In this document: piece after piece, positions 15,482 to 64,000 of the stretch | Position numbering within the stretch: position 1 is the stretch's first letter | Layout of the letters: every line of letters starts with the position of its first letter | Assembly (NCBI RefSeq): GCF_006345805.1 | Contig: NC_043009.1 | Coordinates: 20,336,001 to 20,400,000, forward strand | Reading direction: 5' to 3' | DNA length: 64,000 nucleotides | Source of the DNA: Octopus sinensis | Lineage: Eukaryota | Translations under genes and position numbers: made by a program | Notes under the pieces: generated by a model | The model's input: the letters and a program-made list of their open reading frames with translations, nothing else | The model's database searches: none | What the model was told of the DNA's origin: nothing

Positions 15482-16105
15482 TACAGGGTGCAGTGAATAA
15501 ATTGTCATCTAAATTATGCAAAAATGAAAATAACAGTGACATCTCATTTTAACAGATATATTTACCAAAATTACATTAAAATATCTTGAAATACCAAAGA
15601 GTAAATTTATTCAATAAAATCATCATTGGTTTCCACCACGACCTCCAGATGACTTTGGAATCTCCTGCAACTCTTCTGGACGGTCTCCTTGTTTAAGTTG
15701 GTCAATGCTACCATAATCCTTGCCTTCAGTTCATCTTTGGGTTACAAGGAGTTTTGTTGGTCTCTTGCTCAGCTGCATCCCACACATAATAATCAAAAGG
15801 GTTGCAGTTTGAGGAGTTAGGTGGCCAGATGTTAGGGGTGATGTTGTCACAAAAATTTGTCAGACAGCCATGGCTCTTGGTACACGTTTTGAGGACATAG
15901 CAAGCCAATGGCTGTTCTGTGTGTTCGCCATCTGATCCTGGCAGAAATTTTTCTCATCTGAGAAAAACCAAAGCATGTTCAGTTGGAGGGGATGCTTGAG
16001 TTTGCTCAAAAGCTTCATCTTTCCTCTTTCCCTTGATGGCTTGGGATTAAAATTGGCCCTTTCTCATCTTGTATGAGGAATACTGAATGTCTTCATGCAC
16101 TACCT
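15482..16105 (-). mobile_element. Degenerate Tc1/mariner-superfamily (maT-like) transposon fragment
   Basis: End sequence TA-CAGGGTG; minus-strand WPPNSSNCNPFDYYVW resembles the WPPxSPDLNPxDxxxW catalytic-domain motif. Right boundary approximate. Confidence 0.7.
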
Positions 16106-16115
16106 GCTATAGAAA

Positions 16116-16261
16116 TACAATAAATTGGCAGATCTATATAACATGTCATGTATCGCCAAATGATCATTCCTGATTTTTGAAGTCATCTAATGATACACAT
16201 TGAGCCAAAAAGATTGCTTCGGGATACATGTCATGTTAGATAAACCTGCCAATTTATTGTA
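16116..16261. mobile_element. Small TA-flanked MITE
   Basis: ~39-bp terminal inverted repeats tacaataaattggcagatctatataacatgtcatgtatc / gatacatgtcatgttagataaacctgccaatttattgta, about 4 mismatches. Confidence 0.7.
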
Positions 16262-16341
16262 ACCCTAAAATTATGAAACTATTAGTAGCTCTTTTGTATC
16301 TGTATATATGTGTGTGTGTATAATATATATACATACAGTGA

Positions 16342-16662
16342 AGGTGCATGGCTCAGTGGTTAGAGCATCGATCTTACGATTGCGAGTTTGTGAGTTCAAT
16401 TCCTGGACTGGGATGCATGTTGTGTTCTTGAGCAAGACACTTTATTTCACATTGTTCCAGTTTACTCAGCTGTAGAAATGAGTTGTGACATCACTGGTGC
16501 CAAGCTGTATCGGCCCCTTTGCCTTTCCCTAGGATAACATCTGTGATGTGGTGAGGGGAGGCTGGTATGCATGGGCAACTGCTGGTCTTCCATAAACAAC
16601 CTTGCCCAGAGGGTAACTTTCTAGATGCAATCTGATGGTCATCTATGACCGAAGTGGGGTCT
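16342..16662 (+). mobile_element. tRNA-derived SINE, family B (CORE-like); related copies at about 12652-12881(-), 10320-10535(-), 30628-30878(+)
   Basis: A box tggctcagtgg, B box gagttcaattcc, then tgtgttcttgagcaagacactttatttcac, which resembles the CORE domain. Confidence 0.75.
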
Positions 16663-17053
16663 TTTTAATATATTTATTTATTTATGCATTTCACATTAAA
16701 GAACCAATATTTTATGATGTCAAGTTGAAAAATTATGTGTCTGGTGGCCTATTTTAAAATTCTATCAAGAGAAAACTCTCATTCCTGGAATGTATGTAGT
16801 CGTTGGAAGCTCTCAGGTTCTTTAAGAGATGTAGTTTTTCAAGAGAACATACTGAACATCTTTTGGACCAGTTATTATAGGATCTGGCCTTCCAGCAACA
16901 ACATCAAATGGTAGAAATCAAGCATTATATCGGAGCCATGGAAGGAAAATTTAAAGCCAGAAAGAACAACCATCTTTCGAATTTAAGGCACTATGGCATT
17001 CTAAGACCCTTTCAGCTTTAATCTGGAGGCTTAAAGATGAAAGGATCAATTAC

Positions 17054-17087
<34 letters not shown>

Positions 17088-17241
17088 GTTTAACGTCCGT
17101 TTTCCATGCTGGCATGGGTTGGATGGTTCGACTAGGGTCTGGGAAGCCAGGAGGCTGCACCATGTCAAATGGAAAATCTTCTCCAAAGTCAGACTCTAGA
17201 TAGCTATATTTAACAATGACCAGTGGTTTTCATTATAACAT

Positions 17242-17312
<71 letters not shown>

Positions 17313-17324
17313 GTAGATAAGTAG

Positions 17325-17374
<50 letters not shown>

Positions 17375-17470
17375 AGAGATAGATAGATAGATAGATAGAT
17401 AGGTAGGTAGATAAGTAGATAAGTAGATAGGTAGATAGATAGATAGATAGATAGGTAGATAGATAGATAA

Positions 17471-18043
17471 GTTTCTTTATTGGCCACACAGGGCTGCACA
17501 CAGATGGGACAAATTACAAGGTAGAGCTTGGGGGGGGATGAAAAGAAAAAAGAAAGTGGCGTAGGTTTTCGATCAAAAGGGATCGTAAAAGGGAAAAAAG
17601 AAAAAAAAAAGGAAAAGAAACAAAAGAAAAGAAAAAAGAAAAAAGAAGAAAAAAGGGGAAGAGGAAAAAATCGATCAATAGGGATCATGTATCACAGTGT
17701 CATGATGTACGGTGTAAAGGAGGAAGCAGATAAGGTTTATCCATGGGAAGAAAAGCCTACGGAAAAGACCACGGTAACCTCGGTCAATATTGTTATATGT
17801 TACCACATTTGATTGCAAGTGGGTAACCCTCTGTTTTCAATTTCTGGGTTCATAGGATTATGCTCAAAGTGGCTTCGTCATTCATACGTGCCATCCTTGC
17901 TACATTCACCCATCTTTTTGTAAAACATTCGCTAGACCAAACTTGCCTCTCTACTCTCACTTTCCTTTTCAAGTGGTACTTGAAGAAGTTGATGAGAGAT
18001 TGACCAGAGAGGAAGGTGTTTGTCTCCAATCCTTTCAGACGCG
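17471..18043 (-). mobile_element. 5'-truncated non-LTR retrotransposon 3' end (L1/Tx1-like) inserted in (GATA)n
   Basis: Minus-strand open frame TRLKGLETNTFLSGQSLINFFKYHLKRKVRVERQVWSSECFTKRWVNVARM...* (stop 17850), then a pyrimidine-rich 3' UTR and AATAAA, then (TCTA)n. Clade assignment is inference. Confidence 0.55.
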
Positions 18044-18050
18044 TAGATAG

Positions 18051-18177
<127 letters not shown>

Positions 18178-18698
18178 CACACACAAACACAGAGACATGT
18201 ATGTATGATTTTTATGTCTGTCAAATGTTTGATAATTTTAAGTTCTACACATCAAATCCATGTCTCAATAAAATATAAAACAAGTTTCAATGATATTGAA
18301 ATTAATTCAAGATTAAAAAACATAATTTTAAAGGAAATAAAAATGATAATTAATTATTAGGAATTATATTTATGTTAAATAGTTTTTTTTGTTTGTTTTA
18401 AAGGGTTTTTTCTAAATTGAATTTAAAAATTTTTCTCAGATGTGAGTGAAATTATAAGCCATAATTGTTGAATAATGAGTAGTAAAATATTTATATGAAT
18501 CTTTTTATACAAAGAAACACTATTTTGTTAATTCTTTTATTAATCATATCCTTCATCAATCATGTGCAGAAGATTGATGTCTAACCAGTAAAAATGGGTG
18601 TGGGACAACATCACCAGTCTCTGTTGTTTTAAAGTAATTGATCGCTGTTCAGTGACATTGACTTTCTGTTCATTACACCACCACAAAACAAACAGATA

Positions 18699-18750
<52 letters not shown>

Positions 18751-19651
18751 CATATGCCTGTGTGTGTATGTATATATATATATTTACAAATAGGTATGTA
18801 TGTATGTATGTACAATATACATATACATTTACATACATATACATACATACATTTCTTTATATGTATGTGTGTGTGTGTGTGCACGCACGTGTGTGGGCTT
18901 GAGCATGTGTGTGTGTGTGCGTGCGTGTGCATCAGGGTGTGTGTATGTGTGTAAACTTGCCAGATTATTGCAACCAAAGTAATATTTTGATTTTAGGTTG
19001 AACCTTTTCCTCGCAATAATGTGATCTTGACACAGTCTCTCTGTCTCTCTCTCTTTCTCTCTCTGTCTCTGTCTCTGTCTCCGTCTCTCTCTCTGTCTCC
19101 TTCTCTCTCTCTCTCTGTCTCTCTCTCTCTCTCTGTCTCTGTCTCTCTCTCTGTCTCTCTCTCTGTCTCTCTCTCTCAGCAAGCATTGCCTCACACTAAA
19201 GCAGATTATCAAGATAGAGGTGGCTTGCACGAAGGCGGGAGGGAGGGATCTGATTAGCTCTGACACATGATGTGTTACATTTCTAATAAATTATCAATTG
19301 TAATCCTATTCAATATGATTATCTCTCACACGTGAAAGGGAAAAAGAAAAAAAATAAAGAAGCCAACATCAGAGCACTATTTGAATTTGTCTGGGTAGTT
19401 CTGGTTGTTAGCTCATTGACTCCATAACTGTCAACTGTTTGCCAACATGAGGCACAACTGAAAGCTGTCTCTTGTCAGCCACTCTTACTGGTTATCCTTT
19501 CACATTGGAACTAAACAGACATTTATCATTTATTCATTTCATAAATCTTGCCTTTATTTTTATGATTGTGTCTACATCATTTCTGGTACTTAATACATAT
19601 AGCAGGAACAACACTGATTAACTGTGGACTTCTGTAAGTAAATGTTCTCTT

Positions 19652-19766
<115 letters not shown>

Positions 19767-22700
19767 ATTGATGTTAGAATTGTATTAGAACCTTATTATT
19801 AATAGTTGTCTAAATCACAATATTCTTCAGTTGGGACAATTATATAAGAGGGAGTAAAACTTGTTGACATCAACAGATTCCATTCTGTTTCTTTCAACAT
19901 TTTCATCCCAACCCATCCAAAAACATTCCTGGTTCTATGCTGCAAACTTCCTGTTTTAAAAGTGACCTTTCTTCAAAATTGCTAAGTTTATGTCAAGAGT
20001 GACACTTATTTTACCAAATTCTTTATAATTTTCAAAATTAATTGAAACAAAAGCAATTATTTCAAAAAAATATAGTAAGAAAAGGGTTAATACTACAATG
20101 TTCAGTTAATCCAAAACCCAAAATTCTTTGGTGGAATAAATAGAATTTAGAAAGAAATAGATAAGATTTTCAAATTCCAGAATTAATGCATGCACCAAAG
20201 ACATTCTGTTTTTTCAAACCCAAAACAAATCTCTAACCAACCAATGAATACAGGTGTTTTCCATGGAATGGTACACTGTCCCCTTTTAAAACTTTTTCCT
20301 TGTGTGGTAGACCATTTTACGTTGCTTCCTTAATTTCTGTTCATTAATTTAATTAAAATTACATCAATTAAGCCTTTATTCTCTTTTGTAGGGTTTTTAT
20401 GGCTGCAAGTTAGGGAGTTGAATTGGTTTTGTGTTACTGTCGCAATACTCTTATAAAATCCTCATCACTCTCTCTCTTCCTCTTTCCACCTCTCTCTCTC
20501 TCTCTCTCTGTTTCTCTTTCTTTCTGTTCCTTTCATTCTCTCCCTCATTCTCTCTCACTCTCACCAAATCTTCACTCCTAAAGTGTCCTATTTACCACGA
20601 ATACACTCTTCTGTAATTTAGGCACCAGGCCAGCAGTTTTGAAGTGGGGGGTTAGTCAATTACCCCTTCCTTCAAAATTATTGACCTTTATTTTATCAAC
20701 CCTGAAAGGACGAAGAGCAAAGTTGACTTTGAACTCAAAACATTTTGTGTTTGAACAAAAATACCAATGCTCTATTGATTCTTAAAATGTAACACTTCTA
20801 CTCCCTTCTCTAATTATACTCAACACCGCTTTTTATTTAAAAGTTATTCCTGCAAATGGAACTATCTATTTAAACCATTATTCTCTTCAGTAAAATAGAA
20901 GAATTTTAAACAAAAATATAATTTAGAAAAACAATTCTTTAAATTAGCTTTTTAATTGGCAAAGGTTCATCAATAGAATAACCAAGACATCCATAAAAAA
21001 AAACGTATTTTGATTGAACAGTAATTGGTATCAATGCTTATTGTAAAAACGATTACATTGATGCTTATGACATAAATGCTGTGATGAGTTCAAATCCAAC
21101 TGAAGCCAATTTGGTTCTTGTTTCTTCCGAGATCAATAAAATAAGTACCAGTGATAAACTGGTGTCAATCTAATCACATGCTCCCTCACCATCAAGTTGT
21201 GGCATTTTGTTAGAGTTCTTAACCATGAATGGCCGGCAACTGAAACAATAGAGCGGTTCTGTGGCTCGGTGCTATTGCAAGGTACCTCGGTATCTTGGGG
21301 TAGGTGTCTCCTATGACTTGAGTCTTGTAACACTGGGTGGAGCACAAGTGTCTGCATGGAAACTTGTTGGATGGAATGTCCATATTGACGGGTGGCAGAT
21401 TTAATCAGTTTCAAAGGGTTTTAAACCACCCCTAACCCTTGGATGCTATTTACAGGGTTCATTCTGTTTGCATGCATTTTGAACAGGGCCTTTCATTCTC
21501 CCCCCTTCCTCCCCTCCACCATTCTCAGAAACCATGGAGACAGACATCAGTTTTGACCTCCCACCCACCCACCCCTAAGATTGAAAAAACAAAACAGAAA
21601 CTATTTTGAAGGGCTTAGAGTATAATTATCAAAGACAATGTAACACTGATTTATGTGTTTGTGTAATCATTATTTTACATGTGACAGTTTGAAAGATTTA
21701 CAAGGATAAACACTTGTTATAAGGACTCATAATTAATTATATGTGTGTGTGTGTGTGTGTGTATGTGTGTGTGTGTGTGTGTGTGTATACATGTGTGAAT
21801 ATGAAAAAAGACACATACAAGTATGTGTGCATATGTGTGTGTGTGTGTGTGACTCTGTCTTCCATCATCAATTGACAACCGGTGTTGGTGTGTTTACATC
21901 CCCATAACTTAGCAGTTCAGTAAAAGAGCTTGATAGAATAAGTACCAGGCATAAGAAAGAAAGTCATGAAGTTGGTTCATTCGACTAAAAGTGCTTCAAT
22001 GTGGTGCTCCAGCATGGTCACAGTTACTACATGCCTGAAACAAGTAAAAAACATAAAAGTTTGAAGATGAAAGATGTATTTGTTCATGTTTTATATATAT
22101 ATTTGTATGTTTATATATATATATATATGCATGTAAGTATATACACACAGATATATATATGTATATGTGTGTAAGTATATACACACAGAAATATATATAT
22201 ATATATATATGTAAGTATATGCACACAGATCTATATATATATATATATATACTTCATAGCCAACTATTTGAGATACAACAAACTCATTGAAATGCATGTG
22301 TGTTTGTGTGTGTGTCTCATGGCTGACGACTGTTTGAGATACAATAATACAAACAAGTGTGTCGTGTTTACAAATTCTAGTTGTCAGCAACATTAGAAAT
22401 ATTTTATTAGTTTTAACTTGAGAACGGACATCTGCTGGAAGCCTTGACCTTTGCTGGTCAAGGCTTTGGCCATGACCTGTGAAGGCCCAGAACCTGTTAA
22501 GGAACTATGGCCAGTACAAAGTCCTTTCAGATCCTCTGAGATCAATACAGTTGAAGTTCATCCTTTCAACAAATGTCAAAAAGTCTTCTGAGACCAACGA
22601 AATGAAATCCAAAATTTATTCTAACAAAAACCAAAGGTTAACTCTTATGTACCATGAGATAAGAATGTTAGCAATAAAGGACTTATATATAAGCATCATC

Positions 22701-23333
22701 ATCATCATCATCACAGTCATCATCACCACCACAATCATCATCATCATTGTCATTGTCGTCTTCATCACCACCACCACCACCACCACCACCACCACCACCA
22801 CACCACCACCATCATCATCATCAGCATCATCATTTTATGTCCACCAACTATACTAGTATGGGTTTGATGAGTCATCACTGCCTTAGTCAGTTCTTATTCT
22901 CTGGACAGGTCAGAGGACTACATCTTGCTTTTGCTCTCCATTTTAGTAAGGCTTCTGAGACTGGATGCCTTTTCTGACCCCAAACACTCTACAGAATGCA
23001 CCAAACAGGTTATCATGTCCTCTGCAAGATGAAGGAGTCTTTCCTCTGTACATCTTCTCTGTTCACACAAAGCCAACAAGATCAAGAGGATGATCAGAAG
23101 AGAGAAAGAGAGTAACGTGTGAGAGGGGGAAAGTAAAGATAATGGAAGGATGAGTGTGAAGGGGAAAACAGCAGAATAAGAGGAAGTAGTGGAAGAAAGA
23201 TAGTGAGAAGCATGGGATAGTGGAGAAGCATGGGATGAGATCAATACAATTCAATATAACCTAATAAATTAATATAATATTCCCTAATTAATCAATGCTA
23301 TTTCATTTTTCAATATATTATCTCATTTATAAA

Positions 23334-23547
23334 GTTAGCAAGCTGGCAGAATCATTAGCAAACTGGACATAAGGCTAAGTTGTATTTCATCCATCTTTAC
23401 ATCGTGAGTTCAAATCCCACCAAGGTTGACTTTGCTCTTCATCCTTTTGGGGTCAATGAAATAAATACTACTGAAGTACTGGGGTCAATAGAATCAATTA
23501 GTCCCCTCCCCCTATAATTTCAGATCTTGCAGCCATGGTAGAAAGGA
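23334..23547 (+). mobile_element. Family A SINE
   Basis: gcaagctggcagaatc...gagttcaaatccc...ctttgctcttcatccttttggggtc. Confidence 0.75.
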
Positions 23548-24184
23548 ATATATTATTTCGTTTATTAATACGATATTAACTAATTAATGATGAAAACTTA
23601 AATGTCTAATTATTAATACAGTTTCTTATTTGTGTTTTCAATCAATCTAAATCTACAATCTTTATTCATGATGTTTCCTTCTAAATCCACTTTAGTCACT
23701 AATGTCCTGCTAAAGTCCATTGATTTATTTCAATAATTAGAATCTTCACCAATTACTTCCTTGGTTTTTAGAACAAAATTTATTCACCAGCAATGTTTCA
23801 GCATGATGCCACAAAACAGTTTGGTGACAACATTACGCATTACTCGAGTATAACTACTACTACTACTACTACTACTCGCTTACACACACACACACACACA
23901 CACATACACACTACACACACAGAGTATAATCTAAAGCAACCATTTTAACAACTTAAACTTTAATTCTTCTTTTTGTTTTTACCTGGAAATATATCTGAGC
24001 CATAATGTACTGGCTGAGTGTACTTGTCTTCAAGAATTCTTAGAAAAAGAGAAAGTGAAAGAAAGAGAGAAAGAGAAAGATGGAGAGAGAGAGAGAGAGT
24101 CCTGATCAGTCTGACCTGAAATCAAAGGCCTCCCAGCCATAGCCATCTCTGCTTTTCTCCATTTGTAGAAACCTTAGGACCAAA

Positions 24185-24760
24185 TATAGACATGTGGTTG
24201 TGGCACATTAGCTGACCTGTGGTAGAAACATGTGGTGATAATGTAACATGGTGACATGTGGTGAAGACACATATTGACATGTAGTGGTAATTATATGATA
24301 TATTGGTAATAACATGTGAGAATATTATCTTGTAGTGGTGACATGGGGAGTGGAGGAGTAACATTCCACTTGTGTCATATATTGATGACACTTGGCAATT
24401 GATAGGGACACACTGTTGGTGTCATGTAGGGAAAACATGTGATAGGGGAAAGCTGGGAGTAACATGTAGCAGTGACATGTTTTTGAGATGTACTAACAGT
24501 TACAGTAATAGTGACATGTAGTGATTATATATTAAAAGCAACATGTGCTGTTTAACAACTTCCCATGCAGTGTTGACATGTAACAGTGATATATTGTAAT
24601 GACATGTAGTGGTTTTATATTGATAGCAACATATGATAGTGAGATGTAGTAGAGACATGTGGTGGTGATGGTGGTGGTGGTGTGAAGCATTAACATGTAA
24701 TAACAATTGATTGATTACATGTGATGGTTACATATTGGTAAACACAATGGTTTTTTACAT
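24185..24760. repeat. Degenerate minisatellite built on an ACATGT motif (~20-nt unit)
   Basis: Recurrent (g/a)acatgt(g/a)g across about 570 bp. Confidence 0.7.
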
Positions 24761-24878
24761 GGTTACAGACCAAAAGATATCAGCCACTGATGGACAAGAG
24801 TTTGCTCTACATCATGGTCCAGTGGTTTGGACTCCCATTTCTCGTTAGTGCATCAGAGGCCAGCTTGTTTGGCTATAT

Positions 24879-24951
<73 letters not shown>

Positions 24952-24980
24952 CATGATGATGATGATGATGATGATGATGA

Positions 24981-25818
24981 AGTGAGAGAGCAGTGTATGC
25001 CATCAAAGTGACACAAGGGTAAAATATACAAAGCCCAGCATACCCATCATGACTACCTGTGCATGACATGATGATCTCATATCAAGATAAACAGTGCATG
25101 ACCTTGCGGGTGGGGCCTAGTTAGAATTTACATAGAGTAGCCCATCCTACTCAAAAGGTCCCTGAAGAAGGCTTGTTTTAAGGATGATGAACAAAACACC
25201 CATGTTTCCAGAGGTGAATTATTCAAACCCTCCCAAGAATTCCTCTCAATACATGGCTATGATGCTCCTGATCAGAGATGCACATATTGTTAGCCACCAA
25301 GGGACATGTTCAACTGCTTAAGGTCAAGCAACTGACAAGCAAATCTGTGGTATTGAGCAGAATATTTGCTGTAGCCCATCTTTTATACCAAGACAAAACA
25401 ATGTACATGATAACACTTCCAATCAGTTAAGATCAGAAGCCATTATTATTATTATTATGACCTTGCAGGTGGGGCCCAGTTAGAATTTTCTTCAGGTTGA
25501 GTAGCCCATCCCGCTCAAACGGTCCCTGAATAAGAGTTGTTTAAGGATGTTGAAAGAACCACCCATGTTTCCAGAGGTGAACTATTCAAACTCCAAAGAA
25601 TCCCTCTCAACACATGGCTATGATGCTCCCCCACTACTTCTGCTCGTGATCAGAGATGCACATATCGTCAGCCACTAAGGGACATGCTCAACTGGTTAAG
25701 GTCAAACAACTGACAAGCAAATCTGTGGTATTGAGCAGAATATTTGCTGTAGCCCATCTTTTATACCAAGACAAAACAATGTACATGATAACACTTCCAA
25801 TCAGTTAAGATCAGAAGC

Positions 25819-25820
<2 letters not shown>
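24981..25820 (+). repeat. Interspersed ~500-bp repeat plus a tandem partial copy (24981-25441 and 25458-25820); inverted copy at 34407-34911
   Basis: gaccttgc.ggtgggg.c.agttagaattt...taacacttccaatcagttaagatcagaagcc occurs twice, each followed by (ATT)n. The reverse complement is in TRPC intron 3. Confidence 0.85.
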
Positions 25821-25852
<32 letters not shown>

Positions 25853-25992
25853 ATTATTATTATTATTATTACTATTATTTATTGTCTTTGCGCAGCTTCC
25901 TTTCTTCCTTATCACATACCCTGTTATCAGCTGGGCATGCTATATCTATGATCCAGCATCATTTGTTTTCTATTCTTCTTTTTCTTCTTCTT

Positions 25993-26051
<59 letters not shown>

Positions 26052-26105
26052 CATCATCATTATCACCATCATCATCATCATCATCATCATCATCATTACT
26101 ATTAA

Positions 26106-26315
26106 GGCAGCAAGCTGGCAGAATCCTGAGCATGCCAGGTGAAATGCTTAGAGGTATTTTGCCCATTGCTGTTCTGAGTTCAAATTCCACTGAGGTCAGT
26201 TTTGCCTTTTATCCTTTCAGGGTCAATAAATTAAGTACCAGTGAAACACTGGGGTTGATGTAATCGACTTGTCTCCTCCTCTCAAATTTCAGGCCTTCTG
26301 CCTATAATAGAAAGG
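26106..26315 (+). mobile_element. Family A SINE; further copies at about 34073-34230(-), 36975-37125, 53405-53560, 60844-61000(-), 62045-62200
   Basis: Full-length match to 642-851, followed by a long (ATT)n tail. Confidence 0.8.
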
Positions 26316-26775
<460 letters not shown>

Positions 26776-27846
26776 TGTATTCAAATCTGTTGTTTTTTAC
26801 CCTTTCTTTACTGCCAGTGATCGCCCCCCACCTCTTCTCCAAGCCACTTCTGTCAGATCAAACCTGAAGCCACACTGCTCTGAAGCAAACTTCTTGACTA
26901 CACCCCCACACATGTACCCATACATAGAATATTTAATCATAGTTAACATCTTTATTAATATACTTGCTGTGATATTCTATGTTTACTCACATAAATTTCT
27001 TATCTCAAATTTATGAATGACAACAATAACACCCTGTTAGTTGGTTCCTTGGTCGCTCTGAAAGATGTCACACTGACTTCAAAAGAATTAATTGTTCTGA
27101 CAATGAACACAGCAGGGAATGAAATTGCTACATTGCACTAAACCTCAACACTAGCCACAACCAGGCAACATTTTAATTTAAGTTAAATTATTTGAATATT
27201 TAGTTTGTTTTGTGAAAATTGGTCTTAATTATTTTTGTAAAATTTTCCCAACCAAATTCCAGTATGTGAATATAACAATATTATTATAATTGATTGTTAA
27301 ACATTATTCATATATAAATTGTAACATGTGAAATTTGTCGCGCTTATTTTATTTAATATTTTTTATTTTTTGAATTAGCATTCATTTTGTTATTTTCTAT
27401 CAGCAACATTATTAATCTGAAAAAAGTACAAGAATAACCATTGTCGATCTGTAACATAAACTGATATTAAGCACATTACTCAGCGCCGTTGCCAGCCATA
27501 TTGATAAGTGAACACTCTTAGTAATAACATTGGATAGATGTTAACCCAATCAACATTCATGGATGATTGTTTTCTAAAGAACCAATAACGTCTTTTACTT
27601 TAACACAGGAGAATAGCTAGGAAAACAGCTTAGAGGACCAAGTAAGAATACTCTTAGAGATGGGAAAAAGTGTTCAGCAAGCCAGCACAGAGGATCGATC
27701 TTTGAGAAGTACCGGGTGCGATTCTCTGCAACAGCTGGCTAGACATTTTTCTGTCTATAAAGGTATTTTATTTGATCCTCTAAACTGTTTCCACAGCTAT
27801 TCTCCTGCATTTGAGATTTCCTTCATTTCTAAAATACCAACTCACT

Positions 27847-28262
27847 CATCATCATCATCAGCGTTTAATGTCCGCTTTCCATGCTAGCATGGGTTGGACG
27901 ATTTGACTGAGGACTGGCGAACCAGATGGCTGCACCAGGCTCCAATCTGATCTGGCAGAGTTTCTACAGCTGGATGCCCTTCCTAATGCCAACCACTTCG
28001 AGAGTGTAGTGGCAACGGCCACACTCAAATGGTGTTTTTTACATTCCACCGGCACAGGAGCCAGTCCAGCAGCACTGGCAACGATCTCACTCGAATGTTT
28101 TGTTCACGTGCTACTGGCACAAGTGCTAGTAAGGCAATGGTGGTAACAATCACGCTCGAATGGTGCTTTTTACATGCTACTTGCACGGAAGCCAGTCAGT
28201 GGCTCTGGCAACGATCATGCTCAGAAGGTGCTCTTAGTGCTCCATGGGCACTAGCACAATGC
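27847..28262 (-). mobile_element. Retroposon 3' end with (GAT)n tail; related copies at about 110-205, 480-640, 7440-7620, 17057-17162
   Basis: Shared catcatcatc.gtttaa.gtccg.tttccatgct.gcatgggttgga.g and ggatgcccttcctaatgccaaccac blocks. Confidence 0.75.
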
Positions 28263-28416
28263 TTCAATATTTGTTTATAAAAATTTTTTCTCATTTATAA
28301 CATTTTCTCTTCTTTTGTATTTCTTTCAGCAGAGATTAATATTTGTTATGTCCAATGGACTCACTGCTGAACATAAAGATTACGTGAATCAAAGAATTTG
28401 GACAGAATAAAGCAAA

Positions 28417-63370
<34,954 letters not shown>

Positions 63371-64000
63371 TTACTTGGTTGCCTGGAAACACTTTAAAAC
63401 ATTCCTTTTATTAATTAGCATATAAAACAAGATAATTAAATATAATTTTTAAAATGATTTTTTAAAAAAATAGTAAGGTTTAAAGTTTTGTCTAGCTATC
63501 AGTGAGGCTGTGCAACTTGTTCAGTGTTTACTTTTGGTTTTCCTGTCTGAATGGAACAAAACCTTTCGTTGAGAAACACAATCAGAATTCTCATAATAAG
63601 AGAAGATAACTCGTCTTGTCTTAATTCCATCCAGTCTATGTTGCCTAGCAACACGTTGTAGGTGTGATCATGGCGAGCTTTGACCATTTCCATTTCCAGC
63701 TCACTGAAATGTCTGTCTTCCTTTGCACCAAACATACTTTTGAAAGAATTCATGAAAGTCATAAATTTCCATTTCTTTCCCTCCTTTTCTACTGAAATGG
63801 TGGGTCAAATAGGCTGAGATGGGCTCCAACATAGAAATGGTAGCTTCTTTGATGACCATTTATTGGTTGGTGGAACAGCTTTCTGTTAAGAAAAGCAAGA
63901 ATACATTCCAACCAAAAACTTTCCTAAAACCCACTTCAGTTCTCAGTCTCAGCAATCTGTATTCAGAATGTTGGCCGTTTCTTAAGTCTTCTTTCACAAT

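Noticed and set aside
16342-16420. tRNA gene
   Set aside because: A and B boxes are present but run into a SINE body found elsewhere in the window; no complete cloverleaf.

Overview
AT-rich, microsatellite- and SINE-dense animal DNA; the repeat families and the protein suggest a cephalopod, probably Octopus (inference). The window holds one complete multi-exon plus-strand gene for a canonical TRP channel (TRPC / Drosophila TRP-TRPL type), CDS 28417-63370, 802 aa by my exon assembly, with every junction GT-AG and in phase. The main discovery is that the exon encoding the pore helix, selectivity filter and S6 gate exists as three intact, diverged 196-nt tandem copies (47435-47630, 48927-49122, 49181-49376). 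Frame arithmetic and a 58-nt intron indicate mutually exclusive splicing, so one gene can build channels with three different pores, including an Asp/Glu swap at the Ca2+-filter position. Other notable items: a hammerhead-ribozyme motif (13122-13225), a near-perfect 353-bp-arm intronic hairpin, a ~490-bp intragenic duplication, a LINE 3' end inserted in (GATA)n, mariner/Tc1/piggyBac remnants and many SINEs. Nearly all other ORFs in the supplied track are microsatellite artefacts.
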